Below are positions 31,251-47,200 of a stretch of 64,000 nt of DNA, piece after piece (positions within the stretch are counted from its first letter, which is position 1; each line of letters starts with the position of its first letter). The stretch lies in the NCBI RefSeq assembly GCF_009914755.1, contig NC_060931.1. One strand, given 5' to 3'. The DNA comes from the human T2T-CHM13v2.0 reference genome, Homo sapiens. The notes under the pieces were generated by a model. It had not been told where the DNA came from. It did no database searches and was given only the letters and a program-made list of their open reading frames with translations. The position numbers and the translations under genes are program-made.

Positions 31251-32656
31251 TCAGGCAACAGTCACCAGGCATCTCCTAGTCTCAACAGAAGTTCTGTGAG
31301 AGGGAGGCCTGGTCGTGGGATGCACATCTGGCCACTGCTGGGGTAAGGAAGTGTCCTGTGAAAGGCACATGTTAAGCATCCACAACCCCCTGACCAGAAC
31401 CCCAGAAAGGCAGGGCTCCAATTGACAGTCACTCTCCAGAGACAAACCTCAAGCCCTAACTGGAGGAAAAGGAAACAATGTAAAAAGTTGAATTTATCTT
31501 ACTATTTCAATGATCCAGTAAAGACATTCTATGCCTGTACACCACATATTTTCTTTGATTGTGGATTTATTTTAGATAGAATTTTAGGTCTGGCTTTCAC
31601 TTTAGCCTGGTCCCTACCTCAAGCATAAGGTAAAGATTTTCCATGCGTTCTTTTCTGGTACTACTACCTGCCAGTGTGGGGTCATGTCCTAGTCTTTCTT
31701 GAGGGAATCCCCCTGTTCATTATTGTCAGAGTGAGACTGTTAAGTCTTGATTTCCCTGGACAACTTCACTGCATGACTTTTAATATGATTTTTTAATATA
31801 CCCTTTACTGGACAATAAATTCTATAGTTATCTGAGTAAGAGATATGGTCAGGAAGAGGCATTGCCTCATTCAGCTTTTCTCTTTGGTGAACTCGCATAT
31901 GTTCTCCTCACCCGCCAGTCACCTCTAAATCGTATTGTTCCAAGACAACAAACAGAACTCGAGTGTGTATCTTTCACCTCTGGATTTGTGTTTGCTCCAT
32001 AAAGCTTCATGCTTAACATGGTTTCTGTTAGCATTTTCTCTATTTATTTTCCCATAAAATATCACAGGCCTTCTTCATATGGAATTATGGGTGATTTCCT
32101 TCAATCTGCATCATATCAAGATGAGATCCATGTTGATGAAAAGTAAAACATACGTTGAAAATATCAGTAAGGATGTTTTCCCCTCCTTTTTAGCACCTGT
32201 GCTTGTGATACAAGCACATTTTAATACAATTTTAGTCTCATGCTTTGATCATTCCTATGATGAAAATAACATCTTTAAATAAAATATCTGAGTTTTATGA
32301 GGCCTTTAGTATGTGATGTGATAGAATATCAGAAGTCCATACTTTTTTCTAGTTTTCCATGCAATTCTATCATTGTTTCATCTTTACTCCTACCAGAGTA
32401 ATTTTCCAAAATAGATATCTTGTCATTCTTCCTGTTGTTATCAGTAAATAAGTGAAATGAAAAGCTAGATTATATAATTTATCTAGAACAAGAAAGTAGT
32501 ATTGAATCTATATTCATTAATGAGACTAACCAGTCAATTACACAGACAGGCATTTTATATTTTGAAGATCCTATATACCCATTGTCAGAAATATTATTAT
32601 TTATGTCCATATGCACATCACCTGTGCATATTTACATAAAAATCAATGAGAGCTGA

Positions 32657-34243
<1,587 letters not shown>

Positions 34244-35232
34244 AAGATGATTTTTATAATACTGAGATCATATAGATGACAGCACCTGAAAAATAGACAA
34301 CACCAAGCTTTATGTTAAAAGGTGTGAGGGTATCAATATTGTTGTGGCTATTGGGGAGGAAACCATTAGTAAAACCACTAAGTTAAAGCTCTTGCTTTAA
34401 ACTTTGGCTTTAATTTAACAAATGTTCTATGGAGTGACAGTATGTATGTAACCATGCTATGCCCATTCACAGATGCAGTAGAGGGAAGAATTTCTCAAAC
34501 ACAACTGTTCTAAGACTCAAATTAAACCGTACTGGGTTTGAAAAGAGAAAGTCCAGGAATTACCAAATATTTTAGATATCAGATACAAGAGAATGCCAGG
34601 TATGTGATGATAATCAGCAATGGTTGTTCACACAATACATCAAATCAGTATTTGAATTAGCTTTTGAATTACAAGGACAAATGGATCAAGTCTAGACTCT
34701 TTAGTAGATAAATCTTATTAGGCTGAGATGTGTTTTCCCCTGTTTTTCCACAAGGAGATTACAAATTTGCAAACCTCAGCTGCTCTCATTTTATGCTCTC
34801 ACCAAGCCAAAAGCTGAAGTTCATCAATCAGTGTGTCTAAGTGTTCACTGGTTATATACCATTTTGTAGTGTCAGCTATCTTTCCAACTTCATAAATCAT
34901 CACCTTCATTTGATCTTGTTTTTTTCCACTATCACTTCTTTATTGACCATATAAAGTATATAAGTAAGTTCTTATTTTGTTATTGTTCATTTTAGTCTAA
35001 TTTCATCAAAAGATCACAATCTTTTAATTTCATTTTAATTTCAAAGATTAAATGAAACCTACATAGAAATGAGTGTAAGATTTACATTTGCATTATTTTG
35101 GCATCAATTTGCTATCCTCCCTCATGCACATAGAGATCATTTCCATGTACGTGATTTCAAATATCCAACTGCAGTATTAAAAGCAGTTGTAAATTGTGGT
35201 TCTCATATTCATGATACAATTACAATATAATC

Positions 35233-36047
<815 letters not shown>

Positions 36048-36130
36048 ACAATCTATTTACCTGCAGATTAAAGCCTTCTTTATTTTTCTGTCTCCCTCTC
36101 TTAATTTTTTTAAAATAATATTAATTGTAG

Positions 36131-36740
36131 TAAAGAGAAAGAAAGAAAACAAAGAAAGAAAAAGAAGGAAGGAAAGAAGGAAGGAAGGAAATAAAGAAAG
36201 AAAGAAGAAAGAAAAGTAGGAGGAAATCAGGGAAGGAAGGGAGGGAGGGAGGAAGGGAGAAAGGCAGGAAGGGAGAAAAAAGAAAGCATGAACACAAGAA
36301 AGAAAGAAGGAAAGAAAGGAAGACAAAGAAAGAGAGAAAGAGAAAGAAAGGAGGAAGAGAGGAAGGAAAGCAGGAAGAGAGAATGGTAAAAGGGAGGAAG
36401 GCACAAAAACAAAGAAAATAAAGAGGTGAAGGAAGGAAGGAAAAAGAGGAAAGGAAGGGAGGGAGGAAGGAAGAAAAGGAGGGCGGGAGGAAGGGATAAA
36501 AAAGGAAAGAAAGAAAGAACGTGAGAAAGAAAGAAAGAATATGAGAAAAGAAGGAAGAAAAGGGAGGGAGGAGGGAAGGAAGAATAAGAGGAAAGAAAGA
36601 AGGAAGGAAGGAGAAAAAAAGTAAGAAAATAAAGAACGGTAAAGAAAAAAGAAGAGAAAAGGAAGAAGAAAAGGAAGGAAGGAAGAAGGTAAGGGAAGGG
36701 AAGAGAAGAGAAAGGAAGATGGAAAGAAGGAAGGAAGAAC
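36131..36740. repeat. Polypurine (GAAA/GGAA/GGGA) low-complexity tract, ~610 bp
   Basis: Almost exclusively A/G on the + strand. Confidence 0.97.
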
Positions 36741-37629
36741 GCAAATATTAGAAATTCTGGGTTTGTTAGAGAATATGCCATACTGTTTTTTATCACTTGA
36801 ATGGAAAGTGTATCTGCCACTGAAGATTAGATGTCTTGTTGGTGATATTGTTGTTCTTATCTTCCACATGATTACTGAGTTAGTGCCTAGTCTTTCCATT
36901 ACTAAGACAAAAGTGTTGATGTCGGCAAATATAATTTTGGATTTTTCTAGTTCACCTTTGATTTCTTTCCTGTTTTACCTCATGTATTTGGAGGTTCTGT
37001 TGTTAGCTGCATAACCTAATTAGAAGGATGTTTACATCTTCTTGAGAATTCATTATTCTATTATCTATTATCTCTCATCTCTGATACTATTTCTTGTTCC
37101 GACCTCTGTTGTGTCTAATATCAATGTAGTCCTTCCACAGTCTTATTTTAGTGTTTCCATGATATGGCTTTCTCCATATCTTGATGATAACCTATTTATA
37201 TCTCTATATATTTGGAGCAAGATATAAAATTTAGACTTGATTTTTTAAAGATTTTTCAAGATGTAATTCTTGTTTCTTTTTGTTCTATTTGACATTCTCT
37301 GAGTTTCCTATATTTGATTTTCTGTCACTTCTTTTAGAATATTTTTGGCAGTTATTTTGAAAAATATTTCTTTTGCTCCATTATTTTTCCCTCTTTTCTT
37401 ATTGGGATTTCAATCATAACTAGAGTACGTAATTTCATCTCAGTCTTATGCAGGTAGTTTTTCTCAGGGTCTCAGGAATGTAGCCTTCTCACACTTCTGT
37501 TCTTTTCCTGGCTGTGTTGGTGAGCTCGGTGATATTCCTCCTTCACCTTCAAGAGCAGTTTTGTTTTGTTTTTCTTGTTTTCATACTCCCAGCATCAGGA
37601 TTATCCTGAGTGTGGCAGTATTTTTTGCC

Positions 37630-38872
37630 TTCCCCTACATATTAAGTGGAATATCTTGGTGTATTTGGACTCTTATAACCAAATAACATAAACCGGTTGA
37701 CTAAAAAACAACAGATATTTCTTTTTTCACACTTCTTTGTAGGGGTGGGTTGCCCCTCCACACCTGTGGGTGTTTCTCGTAAGGTGGGACGAGAGATTTG
37801 GAAAAGAAAAAGACACAAAGACAAAGTATAGAGAAAGAAATAAGGGAACCCGGGGAACCAGCGTTCAGCATATGGAGGATCCTGCCAGCCTCTGAGTTCC
37901 CTTAGTATTTATTCATCATTTGTGGGTGTTTCTGGAAGAGGGGGATGTGTCAGGGTCACAAGACAATTGTGGGGAGAGGGTCAGCAGACAAACACGTGAA
38001 CAAAGGTCTTTGCATCATAGACAATGTAAAGGATTAAGTGCTGTGCTGTTAGATATGCATACACATAAACATCTCAATGCTTTACAAAGCAGTATTGTTG
38101 CCCGCAGGTCCCACCTCCAGCCCTAAGGCGGTTTTTCCCTATTTCAGTAGATGGAGCATACAATCGGGTTTTATACCGAGACATTCCATTGCCCAGGGAC
38201 AGGCAGGAGACAGATACCTTCCTCTTGTCTCAACTGCAAGAGGCATTCCTTCCTCTTTTACTAATCCTCCTCGGCACAGACCCTTTACGGGTGTCGGGCT
38301 GGGGGACGGTCAGGTCTTTCCCTTCCCACGAGGCCATATTTCAGACTATCACATGGTGAGAAACCTTGGACAATACCTGGCTTTCCTAGGCAGAGGTCCC
38401 TGTGGACTTCCGCAGTTTTTGTGTCCCTGGGTACTTGAGATTAGGGAGTGGTGCTGACTGTTAAGGAGCATGCTGCCTTCAAGCATCTGTTTAACAAAGC
38501 ACATCTTGCACCACCCTTAACCCATTCAACTCTGAGTTGACACAGCACATGTTTCAGAGAGCACGGGGTTGGGGGTAAGGTCACGGAATCTCAAGGCAGA
38601 AGAATTTTTCTTAGTACAAAACAAAATGGAGTCTCCTATGTCTACTTCTTTCTACACAGACACAGTAACAATCTGATCTCTCTAAGATCTCAGGTCAAGA
38701 TGCTTACAAATTCAGTGTTGATGAGAGCCCATTTCATGGTTCATAGATGGTGCCTTCTTTCTATATCCTCACATAGTGGAAGGCACACAAGAACTCCATT
38801 GAGCTTCTTTTATAAAGGCACTAATCCCATTCATAAGGGCTCGGCCCCCAAGACCTGGTCACCTCCCAAGTG
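37630..38872 (-). mobile_element. MLT1A-type LTR interrupted by LTR5
   Basis: aacaacagatatttcttttttcacacttct [LTR5] aagatctcaggtcaagatg...cttttataaaggcactaatcccattcataagggc. Confidence 0.75.
37738..38683 (-). mobile_element. HERV-K(HML-2) solo LTR, LTR5_Hs-like, missing ~14 nt at its 5' end
   Basis: Minus strand starts AGAGAGATCAGATTGTTACTGTGTCTGTGTAGAAAGAAGTAGACATAGGAGACTCC and ends GGGGCAACCCACCCCTACA; contains CATTGTCTATGATGCAAAG and an AATAAA. Confidence 0.93.
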
Positions 38873-39649
38873 TTCTGCTCTCCCTGATCTGTGTCATATA
38901 CACACTCTCTTGGATTCCTTACCAATTGCTTGAGAGATCGCAGTGGGTTTGTGGGGAAAAAGTTTTCAAGATGATGGATCTTTCCCAACTTCTGCAGCTG
39001 TCAACGGTCTCCCAATCTAACCAGCCCCACTTTGCCTTTAGGAATTTATTGATTATTCCAGCTTTACTTGTCATAGTGGTGTCTATTTGCATCTGTCCTA
39101 TGTAAGTGCATCTGTCCTGCAGGTGCTTGTTTTCCCTCACATTTTGACTCAGTTCTTGGCAACCTCGTTGCTATAAAAATGAAGTCATGACTTTGAAGTT
39201 AGTTTGGGTCTTTCATTGTTGTCAGATTAGGAACCCTATTCCATCCCAGATCTGCAAAACCCAGACTATTTGGGGGGTTGAAATTTTATGCTTTCTCTTT
39301 GAATTGTAGTTTTATCTTCTTTCAGTTACCATTTGCATTTTCATAATGATTAATGAGACTAAGCTTTTTTTTGTGTAGTTGACTGTACCTTTGGATTTTT
39401 TTCCCAAATACCTTTTTATTTCTTCTTTTCTTTATGGTTTTAGAAAATGTAGTTTACATAATTGCAGCTTGATTTTTTACTCAGTTAATGGCATGCTTAA
39501 TGGAGAGAAAAAATATTAAATATATTTCCCTTTTTAATTACTGCGCTTTTTTCTTTTCTAAGGAAACGTTTCATTATGTTAAATTTCAGTGTTATTCTAC
39601 TTAGCTATTCCTTACATATTATAGTATTTTGGATTTCACATGTAAATTT

Positions 39650-40170
39650 GTAACATATCTTGAGTTCATTATGTATAGGGTAAGGCTATTTTCTCTTTTT
39701 TTTGTTTTTTAAGGTAAAAATCACATAGTATAAAATTAATAACAACCATTTTAAAGCATACAATGCACTTGCTTTTAGTGTATTCACAATGTTCCAGGGC
39801 AATTTCATCATATCCCTTACAAATACCCATTATGCATAAAGTTGTTACACGCTAATCTGCTTCCCTGAACCCTAATGACCACTAATCTAATTTATATCCC
39901 AATTGATTTGCCAATTCCTGATGTTTCATGTGAACAAAATCAAGTAATATTTGTCACTTTGTGCACTTAACATAATGCTTTAAAATTTCACCAATATTAT
40001 ACCATATGTAAGTACTTCATTCTTTGTTACAGCTGAAAATTGAGTTTCCATTTATGAGTCAATAAGCATATGGATTGTTTCCACTTTTTGACTGTGTGAA
40101 TATTACTGCTGTAAATATTCATGCACATGTTTATTTTTTGAGCACCTATGTTTTGTAAGATTAGCAGCTG
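39650..40170 (-). mobile_element. Old L1M 3' end fragment
   Basis: caaccattttaaagcatacaat...ggattgtttccactttttgact...aaatattcatgcacatgttt. Confidence 0.7.
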
Positions 40171-40530
40171 ACTTAAGAGTAACAATGGAAGGCAAGAGGC
40201 AACAGAATAATATATTCAAAAGATGCAAAGGAAAAAAAAACTCTCAGCCACGAATTCCTTATCCAGCAATTATTTTTCAAAAATGAAGATAACACAAAGA
40301 CTTACCCAGATAAATAGAAATATTAACTGAAGTTGTTGCTGGCAGACCTACCATAAAAAAAAAAAACTCTAAAATAAATTCCTAAGGCTAAAAGCAAGTT
40401 ACAGAAGACAGTCACTTGAATCCACATTTTTTAAAAAGCACTGGTATAGGTAATATTGACATTATAAAAGACAGTAAAATGCATTTTTTCTCTTTATCAT
40501 AAATTGTTTATTAAATAACATGTGTATAAT

Positions 40531-40727
40531 GGCCGGGCACGACGGCTCCAACCTGTAGTCTCAGCACTTTGAGAGGCCAAGGCGGGTGTATTACGAGGCC
40601 AGGAGATCGAGACCATCCTGGCTAACACAGTGAAACCCCGTTTGTACTAACAATACAAAAAATGAGCCAGGCGTGATGGCAGGCGCCTGTAGTCCCAGAT
40701 ACTCCGGAGCCTGAAGCAGAAAAATTG
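40531..40727 (+). mobile_element. AluY-like element truncated in the right monomer at the palindrome junction
   Basis: ggccgggcac...ggagatcgagaccatcctggctaacac...ggcgcctgtagtcccagatactccggagcctgaagcagaaaaattg, then Alu similarity stops with no poly-A tail. Confidence 0.92.
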
Positions 40728-41265
40728 ATATTATTGATACAATTAATATTATTTTAAAAAAATTAAGAGAGGGAGACAGAAAAATAAAGAAGGCTTTAAT
40801 CTGCAGGTAAATAGATTGTCTGCTGTAGGCCAAAGAATGGCCTTCCAAAAATTTTCATGTCGTAATTCCCAGAGTCCAACATACAAATATGTTAGGTTGC
40901 ACGGCATTGTGAAATTAGATTTCAAGTGAGATTAAGGTTGTGGAAAAATGATAGAGAGATTGTCTTAAATGGGTGGGATCGATGAAATCACAAACTTCCT
41001 TATAAGTGAAAGAAGAAGGCAGAAGAAAGGCAACCTTGGAGGTGGTGGCATGAGAAATTACTCAACATCACTGACTTTTAAGATACAAGAATGAGGACCC
41101 AGCACGGTGGCTCACGTCTAATCCCAGCACTTTGGGAGGCCGGGGTAGGTTTATCACGAGGTTCAGGAGATCGAGACCATCCTGTCTAACATGATGAATC
41201 CCCATCCCTACTAAAAATAGAAAAAATTAACTGGATGTGGTGGCAAGTGCCTGTAGTCCAAGCTA

Positions 41266-41373
<108 letters not shown>

Positions 41374-42764
41374 TCAAAAAAAAAAAAAAAAAAGCAAAAT
41401 AGGATCTAAGAATGAGGTCATGTTCCAAGGAATAAAGGTGGCCTCTGGATGCTGAAAAAAATCAAGAAATAGATTCTGCCACATAGCCCTCAGACATACT
41501 GCAGCCCTGCCCAAAACTTGATGTTAGCCCTGTGAGTTTCATCGAAGGCTTCTGAACTACAGAACTGTAGGATTAACGGTCACTTTATTGTAAGATATGA
41601 AGTTTGTGGTAATTAGCTACAGCAGCAAGAGGAAGATTATATTGTAATTGTATCATGAATATGAGAACCACAATTTACAACTGCTTTTAATACTGCAGTT
41701 GGATATTTGAAATCACGTACATGGAAATGATCTCTATGTGCATGAGGGAGGATAGCAAATTGATGCCAAAATAATGCAAATGTAAATCTTACACTCATTT
41801 CTATGTAGGTTTCATTTAATCTTTGAAATTAAAATGAAATTAAAAGATTGTGATCTTTTGATGAAATTAGACTAAAATGAACAATAACAAAATAAGAACT
41901 TACTTATATACTTTATATGGTCAATAAAGAAGTGATAGTGGAAAAAAACAAGATCAAATGAAGGTGATGATTTATGAAGTTGGAAAGATAGCTGACACTA
42001 CAAAATGGTATATAACCAGTGAACACTTAGACACACTGATTGATGAACTTCAGCTTTTGGCTTGGTGAGAGCATAAAATGAGAGCAGCTGAGGTTTGCAA
42101 ATTTGTAATCTCCTTGTGGAAAAACAGGGGAAAACACATCTCAGCCTAATAAGATTTATCTACTAAAGAGTCTAGACTTGATCCATTTGTCCTTGTAATT
42201 CAAAAGCTAATTCAAATACTGATTTGATGTATTGTGTGAACAACCATTGCTGATTATCATCACATACCTGGCATTCTCTTGTATCTGATATCTAAAATAT
42301 TTGGTAATTCCTGGACTTTCTCTTTTCAAACCCAGTACGGTTTAATTTGAGTCTTAGAACAGTTGTGTTTGAGAAATTCTTCCCTCTACTGCATCTGTGA
42401 ATGGGCATAGCATGGTTACATACATACTGTCACTCCATAGAACATTTGTTAAATTAAAGCCAAAGTTTAAAGCAAGAGCTTTAACTTAGTGGTTTTACTA
42501 ATGGTTTCCTCCCCAATAGCCACAACAATATTGATACCCTCACACCTTTTAACATAAAGCTTGGTGTTGTCTATTTTTCAGGTGCTGTCATCTATATGAT
42601 CTCAGTATTATAAAAATCATCTTCCAGCCCACATGGTGGTTCATGCTTGTAATACCAGCAGTTGAAGAGGCTGAAATGAAAGGATTCCTTGAGCCCAGGA
42701 GTTCACAAGCAACCTTGGCAACATAGCAAGACCCAGTCTCTATCAAAACTTAAAAAAAAAAGTG

Positions 42765-44029
<1,265 letters not shown>

Positions 44030-44069
44030 AAAAAAAAAGTGGGCATGGTGATGTGCACCTGTTGTCCTA

Positions 44070-44210
<141 letters not shown>

Positions 44211-47200
44211 TCAGCTCTCATTGATTTTTATGTAAATATGCACAGGTGATGTGCATATGGACATAAATAATAATATTTCTGACAATGGGTATATAGGATC
44301 TTCAAAATATAAAATGCCTGTCTGTGTAATTGACTGGTTAGTCTCATTAATGAATATAGATTCAATACTACTTTCTTGTTCTAGATAAATTATATAATCT
44401 AGCTTTTCATTTCACTTATTTACTGATAACAACAGGAAGAATGACAAGATATCTATTTTGGAAAATTACTCTGGTAGGAGTAAAGATGAAACAATGATAG
44501 AATTGCATGGAAAACTAGAAAAAAGTATGGACTTCTGATATTCTATCACATCACATACTAAAGGCCTCATAAAACTCAGATATTTTATTTAAAGATGTTA
44601 TTTTCATCATAGGAATGATCAAAGCATGAGACTAAAATTGTATTAAAATGTGCTTGTATCACAAGCACAGGTGCTAAAAAGGAGGGGAAAACATCCTTAC
44701 TGATATTTTCAACGTATGTTTTACTTTTCATCAACATGGATCTCATCTTGATATGATGCAGATTGAAGGAAATCACCCATAATTCCATATGAAGAAGGCC
44801 TGTGATATTTTATGGGAAAATAAATAGAGAAAATGCTAACAGAAACCATGTTAAGCATGAAGCTTTATGGAGCAAACACAAATCCAGAGGTGAAAGATAC
44901 ACACTCGAGTTCTGTTTGTTGTCTTGGAACAATACGATTTAGAGGTGACTGGCGGGTGAGGAGAACATATGCGAGTTCACCAAAGAGAAAAGCTGAATGA
45001 GGCAATGCCTCTTCCTGACCATATCTCTTACTCAGATAACTATAGAATTTATTGTCCAGTAAAGGGTATATTAAAAAATCATATTAAAAGTCATGCAGTG
45101 AAGTTGTCCAGGGAAATCAAGACTTAACAGTCTCACTCTGACAATAATGAACAGGGGGATTCCCTCAAGAAAGACTAGGACATGACCCCACACTGGCAGG
45201 TAGTAGTACCAGAAAAGAACGCATGGAAAATCTTTACCTTATGCTTGAGGTAGGGACCAGGCTAAAGTGAAAGCCAGACCTAAAATTCTATCTAAAATAA
45301 ATCCACAATCAAAGAAAATATGTGGTGTACAGGCATAGAATGTCTTTACTGGATCATTGAAATAGTAAGATAAATTCAACTTTTTACATTGTTTCCTTTT
45401 CCTCCAGTTAGGGCTTGAGGTTTGTCTCTGGAGAGTGACTGTCAATTGGAGCCCTGCCTTTCTGGGGTTCTGGTCAGGGGGTTGTGGATGCTTAACATGT
45501 GCCTTTCACAGGACACTTCCTTACCCCAGCAGTGGCCAGATGTGCATCCCACGACCAGGCCTCCCTCTCACAGAACTTCTGTTGAGACTAGGAGATGCCT
45601 GGTGACTGTTGCCTGACCTGTGTCCTGTGTATTTCTGACAAGAGCCACTCTCAGAGACCCTGGCCAGGAGGAGAGTTAGGTTCCAGTGTAGGTGAGCTCA
45701 GATACATGGAGGCCACAGAACCAAACATGGGAAATCACAGAAGTAGGTTTATTACTCACAGATCCAGAGAGAAGAGGGTAGCTGAGAAGAGGGTTTAGCT
45801 GTGTCCCCAGCCAAATCTCATCTTGAATTCCCACATGTTGTGGGAGGGAACAGGTGGGAGGTAATTGAATCATGGGGGCAGGTCTTTCCCATGCTGTTCT
45901 TCTGATAGTAAATAAGTCTCACAAGATCTGATGGTTTTATAAAGGGGAGTTTCCTGCACAAGCTCTCTTGTCTTGTCTGCTGCCATGTGAGACGTGCCTT
46001 TCAGCTTGCACCATGATTGTGAGGCCTACCCAGCCATGTGGAACTGTGCGTCTATTAAACCTCTTTCTTCTGGAAATTACCCAGTCTTGGGCATGTCTTT
46101 ACCGGCGGTGTGAAAATGGACTAATACAGTAGCACACCTCATAGGGCTGAACAAAATAGGGAAGATGAGTGGGGAGCAGGAGAGAGAAAAGGGGTCTGTG
46201 GGACTGCAGCCTTTATTGGGCCCAGAACATTATCCAAATAAGTTTTCCACGGGGCACTAGTCGGTGGGGTGAGTGCCAGCAGGTACATTTCTTGACTCCC
46301 GCTGCAACCGAGCAGGTCACTCTTGCGTGTGGGGGCTGTCCATGTGCACTGTGAGGTCTGTGGGGTTAGTCAGGTAGGTTGTATCCAACGGTTCCATAGC
46401 TGGTAATCACCAGGAGGAGGCAACTGTGTAGGGTCAATATCTGGGCCAGCCACACTGAGGAACTGTGAGGGTTAGAACTGGAAATTGTCAAGGGAATCCG
46501 AACCCAGCTACCATATGAGAGAGTTCAACTTATGTTCAATGTGAATGTCATGGCAATATTAAAAGGTAAGAATTCGCTCCATACGTGCTTGAGGTAAAGA
46601 GGAGGAACCTAGAATTTATGTAAACAGTGAGAAGATTGGATGCGTTTTATGTCACATATTATAATACTAGCAGCTTATTATATATGTCAATCCATCAGGC
46701 ATTCAGAAATACATGCTTATGAAAATTTTTTGCACTATCAGACAAAAGACAAAGGTAGAAGACATTTGTAACCCTATAAACACTAGTAAATTAAAAACAG
46801 AAGGACCTTTATGTCCTAATATATCTGTGTTGTGAAAGGCTGCCCTGTGAAATACGGGATTTCTTAAACATATTTTAAAAATCATAGGTGTCAATATTTT
46901 TTAGAAATCCATTTAAATTTTCTCTTATTTTACAATGCGTATTTATTTATTTAGTGGCTCTGCTGATTTTGATGTATATCCTAAACTTTATATTTTCTTT
47001 AAAGGATGTTTATACAACTTTATGTAAAACGTTTCACTATCTTCACACTCCCTCCCTGTCCTTTTGTTTTGCTCTTCTATGGTGTGCTTGAGTCTTTTCT
47101 CTGGCTTTTCAAATCTAGTAAGACTAAGACACTAAAGTAACTTTGCCCGTGGTTTGGTAATGCCTTCCAAAGCACATCCTAAGCTCTCGTGCATACAGGG

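Larger units (their letters stand above)
36130..40737. other. Palindrome spacer (4608 bp, single copy in window)
   Basis: No mirrored ORFs or sequence; contains a GA-rich tract, L1M relics, MLT1, LTR5 and a truncated Alu. Confidence 0.95.

Noticed and set aside
36057-36899. Hydrophobic F/L/S/P ORFs that look like membrane proteins
   Set aside because: Translation of the polypyrimidine strand of the GA tract.
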